A stretch of DNA of 64,000 nt from a bacterium. GTDB taxonomy: Bacteria; Patescibacteriota; Minisyncoccia; UBA6257; GWB1-50-10. Where the stretch lies: NCBI GenBank assembly GCA_021814545.1, contig JAKAID010000001.1, positions 107,910-171,909 of the forward strand. Direction: 5' to 3'. Positions within the stretch are counted from its first letter, which is position 1. Each line of letters opens with the position of its first letter. This document shows, piece by piece, positions 56,687 through 64,000 of this stretch. A program made the position numbers and the translations under genes. Below the pieces are notes generated by a model. That model worked only from the letters and a program-made list of their open reading frames with translations, did no database searches and was not told where the DNA came from.

Positions 56687-59068
56687 CTACGCCATAAGTC
56701 GCACGTCCCCCTCTTTGGGCTCCACGCCGCGTTTCGGGATGGTGAAGAAGAACGTGGCACCCTTGCCTTCCTCCGATTCGAACCAGATCTTCCCTCCCCA
56801 CCCCTCGATAAGGGTCTTCGCAAGCGAGAGACCGATACCAGAACCGTCGGGTACGAGCCGCACCGCGTTCGGCGCACGATAGAATTTCGTAAAGATATTT
56901 GCCTGCGCCGCCTGCGGGATACCGATGCCCTCATCTTTTACCGCGCATTCGATATCGCCGTCATTTTCGGTGAACGAGACGGTAACCGTTGCGCGTTTCG
57001 GCGAATATTGAAGCGCATTCCCAATGAGGTTTTGCAATACCTGCCAGAGGAAATCGCGGTCCATATTCACCATCATATCGTTCGGCAGCGAAGACTCGAT
57101 TTTTATTTTTTGCATCCCCTTCTTCCGCAAAACCTCGAGCGACTTCGCTACTTCTTTCGCGAGCACCTCGGGTACAATAGGCACCGGCGCCACCTTCACG
57201 CGGCCCGTTTCTACCCGCGCCGTCTGCAGCAAAAAGTTTACGAGGTCGCTCATGCGTTCGGTGGATTTATTTATCTCGCCCGCAAGGTCCGCCTGCTTTT
57301 TATTGAGTTTGCCGCCAATACCTTCGGCGAGCATCTCGCCAAACCAGCGGATGGCGGTGAGGGGGGCGCGCATCTGGTGCGCCGCGACCGAGATGAAGCC
57401 ACTCCTCGCATCCTCAAGTTTCTTTTCTTCGGTCACGTCCCTTACGACCGCGACCACGCCAAGAATGACGGAATCCTGCGAATAGGGCGACACGACGGCC
57501 GAAACGGGAACCTTTTTGCCGCTATTTAGTACCAGTAAAAACCGCTCGCGCAGTATCTTCCCCTCGGTGAGCGACCGCGCCAATATGCTTTGTGAAATAG
57601 GCACGAATGAACCATCATCATACTGGGCCCCCGAAGCGAGCGCACTCGCATCATTTCCGAGCACATCGTCTATTTCCAGGCCAAGCATTTTTGCGGCGCC
57701 CCTGTTCGCGAACACAAGCCTATTCTGCCGGTCGACCACCACCACTGCGTTGTCAATGCTCTCAAGGATAGCCTCGTGTTTTGCGTTCTCTACCTCTATT
57801 TCACGTTTTGCGTCCGCAATCATTATCCGCTGTTGCTCGGATTGACGCACGCGCATAGCGAGGTCCGCGGTCGCGGAACGTATCTTTTCTTCCATGCTGG
57901 TATAGAGGTTATCGAGGCGTTCCACCATTGAATTGAACGCATTGCTCAACGTCTGCACCTCAAACCCGCCATCGATTTCCAGGCGCTCCTTGAAATTCCC
58001 TTCACTGATACGCACAACGGAATCGACAACGCGCGTAATAACCCCGAACGTAGAGCGCATAATGAGCGCCACGCCCGCCAAAACGGCGAGCGAAATCAGC
58101 ATAATAAGCATGGCGAGCATAATCGCAGCATTAATGGCGGTTGCCTCGACGCCACCCATATTTGCCTCATACACGAAATAAAAAGGGTAGTCTCCTACGC
58201 GCGAGATACCGAGCACCTCGGTCGCGCCATCTTCTTTATCAATGACATCTACCGTGGTCGGTTTTTCATAGTGCAGCAATGCATCAAGAACCACATCGTA
58301 CTGCAGCGGGCCTACCTCTATCCCGGGGAAGGTCCGGGCATTCTTGATGCGGGCCAGCGCCTCGGGCGAGAGGACTCCCAAGCTTTTGAATACGCGCGCG
58401 AGGACATTTGATGACACCACTATTCCGTCTTCATTCACCAGCATTATTTTCGGAGAATACGTCCCCGACACATACCCTTCTATCATTTTATTAATGACAT
58501 CCGCATCGCGTTTCATAACTACCACGCCAATCGGATTATTCTTTGCGCCCATAATCGGGGCGGAAAAGTAGTACCCGGGCTGGAGCGAAGTGACACCTAT
58601 CGCCATCAACATGCTCCGCCTGCCCTCCATCGCCTCTTTAAAATAGCTGCGGAATGAGTAATTTTGCCCCATGAACGCCGGGTCGGTCGAGGCAACGGCG
58701 GTGCCCGTAGCATTGAGTAAAAATATCGCTGAATACTGATTATTGATATTAAACGAATCGAAAACCCTTACCATCTGTGCTGATGTGCGTGCCGGTACGC
58801 CATGCGCTATGAATTTTGCCACTGACTCTTGTGCGGCAAGAATGCCCGCGGTCTCTTCTGAATCGGAAAAGAGCCGCGAGAGTTCGTGCGTTTCTTGCCC
58901 GAGCGTCGAGAGCAGATTGCGCCTTTCGAGCGCCGCAAGGTCGCGCAGCGATATTGTGTACACGAGGTACGATGCGATAGCGGCGCCCGCCACAATGACG
59001 CCCGCAATAACAAGCGTGAGACGCGTCGCGGTCGACATCTTTTTTACTGTTTCTGCGATGCGCTCCAT
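56687..59068 (-). CDS. Sensor histidine kinase (Cache, HAMP, PAS, HisKA, HATPase)
   Basis: Two TMs around a Cache-like region, AHQMRAPL H box, NLIGNA, DEGIGI, GSGIGL. Confidence 0.92.
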   Translation of the reverse strand: MERIAETVKKMSTATRLTLVIAGVIVAGAAIASYLVYTISLRDLAALERRNLLSTLGQETHELSRLFSDSEETAGILAAQESVAKFIAHGVPARTSAQMVRVFDSFNINNQYSAIFLLNATGTAVASTDPAFMGQNYSFRSYFKEAMEGRRSMLMAIGVTSLQPGYYFSAPIMGAKNNPIGVVVMKRDADVINKMIEGYVSGTYSPKIMLVNEDGIVVSSNVLARVFKSLGVLSPEALARIKNARTFPGIEVGPLQYDVVLDALLHYEKPTTVDVIDKEDGATEVLGISRVGDYPFYFVYEANMGGVEATAINAAIMLAMLIMLISLAVLAGVALIMRSTFGVITRVVDSVVRISEGNFKERLEIDGGFEVQTLSNAFNSMVERLDNLYTSMEEKIRSATADLAMRVRQSEQQRIMIADAKREIEVENAKHEAILESIDNAVVVVDRQNRLVFANRGAAKMLGLEIDDVLGNDASALASGAQYDDGSFVPISQSILARSLTEGKILRERFLLVLNSGKKVPVSAVVSPYSQDSVILGVVAVVRDVTEEKKLEDARSGFISVAAHQMRAPLTAIRWFGEMLAEGIGGKLNKKQADLAGEINKSTERMSDLVNFLLQTARVETGRVKVAPVPIVPEVLAKEVAKSLEVLRKKGMQKIKIESSLPNDMMVNMDRDFLWQVLQNLIGNALQYSPKRATVTVSFTENDGDIECAVKDEGIGIPQAAQANIFTKFYRAPNAVRLVPDGSGIGLSLAKTLIEGWGGKIWFESEEGKGATFFFTIPKRGVEPKEGDVRLMA

Positions 59069-59131
59069 TCCATCATTATTATATCAGTATCGCATTGGCG
59101 CCCGCACGGGCGTACGGGGTATAATTTTTGC

Positions 59132-59995
59132 ATGGTTCACTCTCTCATCGGGCTCAAGGATGCGGCCGATATCGCCATCGTTGCGTTCCTTGTCTACATC
59201 TTCATCCTCATCGTCCGAAGGACGAACTCTACATATATTTTTTACGGGGTGGGTATTCTCGGCGGCATCTACTTTGCCGCACGCATGTTCAACCTCGCGC
59301 TCACCCGCATCATTTTCCAAACCGCGCTTCCCTTCCTCGTATTCGTTCTCATTGTCATCTTCCAGCGTGAGATACGATTCTTTTTTGAGTGGATGGCAAC
59401 CTGGCCGCTCCTCGGTTTCTTGAAGAAGAAAGATGCGGTCTCTTCCGCGACCCTCAATGACATCATGGCATCGGTTATCCGCCTTGCGGAAACTAAAACG
59501 GGCGCGCTCATTGTTATCTCCGGCCGGCAATCGCTGGGGCGTTTCACGAAGGGCGGCTTCCCGCTCGGCGGGCGTATTTCGGTGCCGCTTCTCTTGAGTA
59601 TCTTTGATGCCTCAACCCCCGGACACGACGGTGCGGTCATTATAAGCCGCGACCGCGTGGAAATATTCGGCACGCGGCTCCCCCTCGCGGAAAAGTTTGA
59701 CTACGAAAACCTGGGCACGCGCCACTGTGCCGCGCTTGGCCTTGCAGAACGCACTGACGCGTTCGTTGTCGTGGTTTCCGAAGAGCGCGGCACCATCTCT
59801 TACGCGTTCGACGACGCCCTCACCACCGTGAACGAGCCAATTGAGCTGAAAGACGCGCTCCAGGCGTTCTTAGCGGATAAATTGCCTGAAGAAGAAAAAA
59901 GCCCGCTCCACACGCTTGTTACGAGGAACGTTCCCGAAAAACTTGCCGCAATCGCGGTCGCACTTGCGGCATGGCTCCTCTATCAGAGCGTATAA
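59132..59995 (+). CDS. dacA: Diadenylate cyclase, CdaA/DacA type
   Basis: Three N-terminal TMs, IFQREIR, GALIVI, HDGAVII, GTRHCAA, VVSEERG. Confidence 0.88.
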   Translation: MVHSLIGLKDAADIAIVAFLVYIFILIVRRTNSTYIFYGVGILGGIYFAARMFNLALTRIIFQTALPFLVFVLIVIFQREIRFFFEWMATWPLLGFLKKKDAVSSATLNDIMASVIRLAETKTGALIVISGRQSLGRFTKGGFPLGGRISVPLLLSIFDASTPGHDGAVIISRDRVEIFGTRLPLAEKFDYENLGTRHCAALGLAERTDAFVVVVSEERGTISYAFDDALTTVNEPIELKDALQAFLADKLPEEEKSPLHTLVTRNVPEKLAAIAVALAAWLLYQSV

Positions 59996-59999
59996 CGCG

Positions 60000-61220
60000 C
60001 TACCACCGTATTGCCGTGCGCGGGGTTGCGCCCGCACGGTAGTCGCAGACATCGCACTTCCCGCACTCGTCCGTTTTATATTCCTCGCCAAAATATTTTA
60101 AGAGCATTCTCCGCCGGCAAAACCGCGCGGTACAATACGTTACCATCGTCTCAAGCTGCTGCTCGGCAACACGAATACGCGCGGCGTCCGTCATTTTACT
60201 GATAAAAAACTCGTGCTTCTCTTTGTCGTGGAAACTGAAGAAGAGCACACACTCCGCGGGCTTCCCGTCGCGCCCCGCGCGGCCGGTTTCTTGGTAATAC
60301 CCTTCGATGTTTTTCGGAAGGTCGTGGTGGATAACGAAGCGAATATCGGGCTTGTCGATTCCCATGCCGAACGCAATGGTCGCCGCGATTACCTGCACCT
60401 CGCCCCTCATAAAGAGCTCCTGATTTTTCGCACGCTCTTTGGGCGCAAGGCCTGCATGGTACGGCAATGCTTGAATGCCGTCCGCGGTGAGGTCCTCCGC
60501 CATGCGGTCAACCGAGGCGCGCGAGTGGCAATACACAATTCCTGAGGCTCCCGGACGGTCCTCGATGTAGCTCAATATCTCCGCATAGGCGTTCTGTTTT
60601 GGCCGTATAGAATAGTGGAGATTTTTACGGTCGAAACTTCCGCAGAATGAGCCGTACTCATTGAACGCGAGCTGGCGCACGATATCGGCGCGCACCTTCG
60701 TGGTTGCGGTCGCGGTAAGCGCAATAACGGGAGCTGTGGGGAAAAGGCTCCTCACGAGGGCTATTTTGCGATATTCGGGGCGAAAATCGTGCCCCCACTC
60801 CGATATGCAGTGTGCTTCATCTATCGCGAATAAGGCCACGGGAAGCGTTTTAAGGAACTCCATAAAGCCTTCCTTCATAAGGCGCTCAGGCGCAACATAA
60901 AGAATTTTCAGCTTCCCCTCCTTTAGTTCATCTTTAATGCGCCGTTCCTCGCGAACGCCGAGCGTGCTATTCAGATACGCCGCGGGAATATTGCTCTCCT
61001 CAAGTCCTGCCACCTGGTCTTTCATGAGCGAGATAAGCGGCGAGACCACGAGAGTGAGCCCCGGGAGCATCATTGCGGGCAGCTGATAGCAGAGCGATTT
61101 CCCGCCGCCCGTGGGCAGGAGCGCGAGCGTGTCTCTGCCTGCGAGTACGTTCTCGATTATCGCCTGCTGCATCGGACGAAATTCATCAAATCCGAAATAT
61201 TTTTTTAGCGTTTCACGCAT
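60000..61220 (-). CDS. recQ: RecQ-family DNA helicase, short form
   Basis: PTGGGKSLCYQLP, DEAHCISEWGHDFRPEY, QETGRAGRDG, Zn site CRR..CGKCDVC. Confidence 0.93.
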   Translation of the reverse strand: MRETLKKYFGFDEFRPMQQAIIENVLAGRDTLALLPTGGGKSLCYQLPAMMLPGLTLVVSPLISLMKDQVAGLEESNIPAAYLNSTLGVREERRIKDELKEGKLKILYVAPERLMKEGFMEFLKTLPVALFAIDEAHCISEWGHDFRPEYRKIALVRSLFPTAPVIALTATATTKVRADIVRQLAFNEYGSFCGSFDRKNLHYSIRPKQNAYAEILSYIEDRPGASGIVYCHSRASVDRMAEDLTADGIQALPYHAGLAPKERAKNQELFMRGEVQVIAATIAFGMGIDKPDIRFVIHHDLPKNIEGYYQETGRAGRDGKPAECVLFFSFHDKEKHEFFISKMTDAARIRVAEQQLETMVTYCTARFCRRRMLLKYFGEEYKTDECGKCDVCDYRAGATPRTAIRW

Positions 61221-61303
61221 GAGTTTTGATTATGCTACAAGACCGCACGCACTGCAAAATTTTTCTGTGAATAGCTCATATGCAACTATTCCTTGCAGCA
61301 GAG

Positions 61304-61380
61304 CTTCGTCCGACACCCTTGCGGAGGGTGTCTCCGGGGCGACGCCCAAGTCTTACCCTCCGCAAGGGCGTCGGACTTCG
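61304..61380. repeat. Nested palindromic element (REP/RPE/MITE-like)
   Basis: 22-bp inverted arms 61308-61329 and 61355-61376 with one mismatch; CTTCG at both ends, 72 nt apart. Confidence 0.75.
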
Positions 61381-61450
61381 CCGCACATTATGAGCCTGCT
61401 ATTTAACAAAGCCATAGCAACGTTTATAAAAACCAGGTATCATAACGGCA

Positions 61451-62422
61451 ATGCTTATTGATGATGTCGTTATATCTGTGGCTGCCGGCAACGGCGGCAA
61501 GGGCAAGGTTGCCTTCAATAAGAACCTCATGGAGCTGGGGCCCGTGGGCGGCTCGGGGGGCAATGGCGGGAGCGTCTACTTTGAAGGCGTCTCCGACCTT
61601 GGCGCACTCAATAAATTCCGCTTCAAGAAAGATGTCGCGGCGAAGAGCGGAGAGGACGGCAAAGCGCAATTTAACGATGGCGAGACGGCGCCCGACCTTA
61701 TTCTCCAGGTTCCTGTGGGCACTGTTATCCGCGACCTCGACCGCGACATAACCCACGAAATAGTAAAAATCGGCGAACGGCTTCTTATCGCGAAAGGCGG
61801 CAAGGGTGGCAGGGGTAATTTCCATTTCCGCTCCTCGACGAATACGACGCCGAAATACGCACAGCCCGGACTTCCCGGCGAACAGACTAAGGTGCGCCTG
61901 GAACTTAAGCTCATCGCGGACGTGGGCTTCGTGGGGCTCCCCAATGTGGGCAAATCGAGCCTTTTGAATGTGCTCACTGCCGCGACCGCAAAGGTGGCAA
62001 ATTATCCCTTCACCACGCTCGAGCCAAACCTCGGCGCCTACTACGACCTTATCCTTGCGGACATTCCCGGGCTTATCGAGGGAGCTTCGACCGGCAAAGG
62101 ACTCGGCATCAAATTCCTCCGCCACGTGGAGCGCACCAATACCCTTTTCCATTTCGTTTCCGCAGAATCGGAACATCCCACTGCCGACTACGAGATCATT
62201 CGCAAAGAGCTTGGCGCGTACAATCCTGCACTCCTCGATAAAAAGGAGTATGTATTCGTGAGCAAGAGCGATACCGCAACTGAGGAGCAACTTAAAAAAG
62301 CGATGGCCGCATTGCGGAAGCTAAACCCCCACGTGCTCGCCATATCCATACTCGACGATGAAAGTATGGACGAGGTGCGCAAACTTTTAAACGATATCGC
62401 AAAAGAAAAACACGCTTCCTAA
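61451..62422 (+). CDS. obgE: GTPase Obg (no C-terminal extension)
   Basis: Gly-rich Obg fold, GLPNVGKS, YPFTTLEPNLG, DIPGLIEGAS, FLRHVER. Confidence 0.96.
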   Translation: MLIDDVVISVAAGNGGKGKVAFNKNLMELGPVGGSGGNGGSVYFEGVSDLGALNKFRFKKDVAAKSGEDGKAQFNDGETAPDLILQVPVGTVIRDLDRDITHEIVKIGERLLIAKGGKGGRGNFHFRSSTNTTPKYAQPGLPGEQTKVRLELKLIADVGFVGLPNVGKSSLLNVLTAATAKVANYPFTTLEPNLGAYYDLILADIPGLIEGASTGKGLGIKFLRHVERTNTLFHFVSAESEHPTADYEIIRKELGAYNPALLDKKEYVFVSKSDTATEEQLKKAMAALRKLNPHVLAISILDDESMDEVRKLLNDIAKEKHAS

Positions 62423-62436
62423 GAAGCGTGTTTTTT
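62406..62436. terminator. Bidirectional terminator overlapping the obg stop
   Basis: AAAAACACGCTTC-CTAA-GAAGCGTGTTTTT. Confidence 0.75.
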
Positions 62437-62440
62437 GTTC

Positions 62441-63349
62441 TTATACGTGGAGATAGCGCCGCACTGCGAAGTAACTTGAAGCGACTCCCATACCTACACA
62501 GAACAAGAGTTGGTATGCAAAGAGCGAGAGGAAGTTCCCGCTGAAGTACCCCGCAATATCTACCTCGCCCACGAAACTATTGATAGAAGGAGAGAGAAAA
62601 TTGATGAGCGGAATCATTACAAGGTAACTCACAAGGGATGCAATAATGCCGTAGATAATGCCCTCCACCACGAACGGGCCGCGAATAAACGCATTCGAGG
62701 CGCCCACAAGCCGCATGATGTTTATCTGCTCGCTTGCCGAGAATATCGCAAGGCGGATGGTGTTGAACGTAACGATGATGGCGAGGAACGAGAGGAACAG
62801 TGTGAGCGTGATGCCGCCCTTGCGGAGCGTATCGATAAGCCCGATAAGCCTATCGATAACGATCTGGTTCTGCGCATAGGTCACCTTCTCTATCTGATCT
62901 TTAAGCGTCTGACTCTCTAAATAGCTCGCGATCGCCTTATATTGGCTCGGGTCCTTCGCTTTGATATTCAGCGACGCAAGGAGGGGGTTCTTATCGAGCT
63001 CCTCGACTGCTTGGCTCAAGGCCGAGTCGCTCTCATGACGCTTCTTGAAATCCGCGAGCGCCTGCTCCGAAGAAATGTATTCGACGCTCCGCACCTCATC
63101 AAGGTTCTCGAGCGACTTCTTCATGCTCAAAATATAGTCCTCTGCAGCATTGCTCTTGAAATACACGCTGATATCTATCTTCTCCTGAAGCGAGGCGATG
63201 GTCGCCTTCCCCATCACATTGAAGAGCACCAGCCCCTCGAACACGATAGCAGCGAGTATCATGATGCCGATAGTCGAAACCGAAAGCCAGCCATTCCTTA
63301 TGAATGCCTGAATGCCGTATTTAATGATGCGCGTAAGTGTTACTATCAT
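62441..63349 (-). CDS. ftsX: Cell division permease FtsX
   Basis: NTIRLAI, IMRLVGASNAFIRGPFVVEG; follows ftsE. Confidence 0.94.
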   Translation of the reverse strand: MIVTLTRIIKYGIQAFIRNGWLSVSTIGIMILAAIVFEGLVLFNVMGKATIASLQEKIDISVYFKSNAAEDYILSMKKSLENLDEVRSVEYISSEQALADFKKRHESDSALSQAVEELDKNPLLASLNIKAKDPSQYKAIASYLESQTLKDQIEKVTYAQNQIVIDRLIGLIDTLRKGGITLTLFLSFLAIIVTFNTIRLAIFSASEQINIMRLVGASNAFIRGPFVVEGIIYGIIASLVSYLVMIPLINFLSPSINSFVGEVDIAGYFSGNFLSLFAYQLLFCVGMGVASSYFAVRRYLHV

Positions 63350-63353
63350 ATGC

Positions 63354-64000
63354 TTATTCTAATATGAACCTTCCGTTCGCCTCGTCCTTTATTATCATAC
63401 CGTTCTCGAGCGTAATAACGCGCTGACCCAACGAATTCACCACCTCTTTGTCATGCGTCGCGAGAATGACCGTGCTCCCTAACTCGTTTATCTTTGTGAG
63501 GAGCTTCACCACTTCCCAGGTGTTATAGGGGTCGAGATTGCCCGTTGGCTCATCTGCGATAAGCACATCGGGGCGGTTTATCATCGCGCGGGCAATGGCC
63601 ACACGCTGCTTCTCGCCGCCGGAAAGTTCTGAAGGGAAATTCTTTGCCTTGTCTTTTAACCCCACCATATCGAGCACCTGTGGCACGTATTCATTTATCT
63701 CGGATTGCGGGCGACCCGCCACCTCAAGGGCGAATGCCACATTCTCGAACACGTTCTTTTTCGCAAGGAGCCGAAAATCCTGGAAGATGACGCCGATGTG
63801 GCGACGCAATTCAGGAAGCTCTCCCGATTTCAGCTTGTTCACCTCATAAGGGCCGAAAAATACCTGGCCCTTCGTCGGCTTCTCCTCGCCCGTCAACATC
63901 TTAATGATGGTGGACTTCCCTGCGCCCGAGCGCCCCACAATACACACGAACTCGCCGGGCTGTATCTTGAAATTGACCTTATCGAGCGCGGTCATGCTCC
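63354..64000 (-). CDS. ftsE: Cell division ATPase FtsE, 5' end outside window
   Basis: [42 protein letters not shown]. Confidence 0.94.
   Translation of the reverse strand, partial: SMTALDKVNFKIQPGEFVCIVGRSGAGKSTIIKMLTGEEKPTKGQVFFGPYEVNKLKSGELPELRRHIGVIFQDFRLLAKKNVFENVAFALEVAGRPQSEINEYVPQVLDMVGLKDKAKNFPSELSGGEKQRVAIARAMINRPDVLIADEPTGNLDPYNTWEVVKLLTKINELGSTVILATHDKEVVNSLGQRVITLENGMIIKDEANGRFILE

Noticed and set aside
61270-61400. SRP RNA or 6S RNA
   Set aside because: No SRP domain IV motif, and near-perfect nested arms fit a repeat element better; not excluded without Infernal
1-64000. CRISPR array, rRNA, integrase, transposase, reverse transcriptase, prophage
   Set aside because: No regularly spaced repeats, rRNA-like tracts or matching protein motifs were seen
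1-64000. Alternative genetic code (UGA read as Gly, as in Gracilibacteria and Absconditabacteria)
   Set aside because: Conserved genes are full length under code 11 and several end in TGA (e.g. dusB, dprA)

Overview
A gene-dense bacterial chromosomal segment (roughly 55% GC by eye, standard code). Gene content and style suggest a Patescibacteria/CPR genome, probably Parcubacteria; this is inference from short Obg and RecQ, DUF4012, an orphan PilO-like gene, few Shine-Dalgarno sites and retained L9. Most of the window is housekeeping: hisS, lepA, rplS/rplI/rpmA, def-fmt, seven RNA-modification genes, murA, dprA-topA, rmuC, recQ, obg, ftsEX and five tRNAs. Accessory parts are two MacAB/YknXYZ-like exporters, a glycosylation locus, a NOX-like flavocytochrome operon with two different cytochrome-b5 proteins, and a signalling cluster (ECF sigma, histidine kinase and receiver, diadenylate cyclase). 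A low-GC defence islet around tRNA-Gln carries an MjaI/MthZI-type R-M pair, a decayed tRNA-Gln copy and a HEPN-like fusion gene. Most notable: one of only two CTAG sites I found in 64 kb overlaps the -35 box of the predicted CTAG-methyltransferase promoter. Other leads are pervasive leaderless gene starts, a second class of self-contained high-GC3 orphan genes (including tandem DGR-target-like paralogs), and a frame-preserving palindromic element. I saw no CRISPR array, rRNA, integrase, transposase or reverse transcriptase. All calls come from reading motifs by eye; no searches were run.
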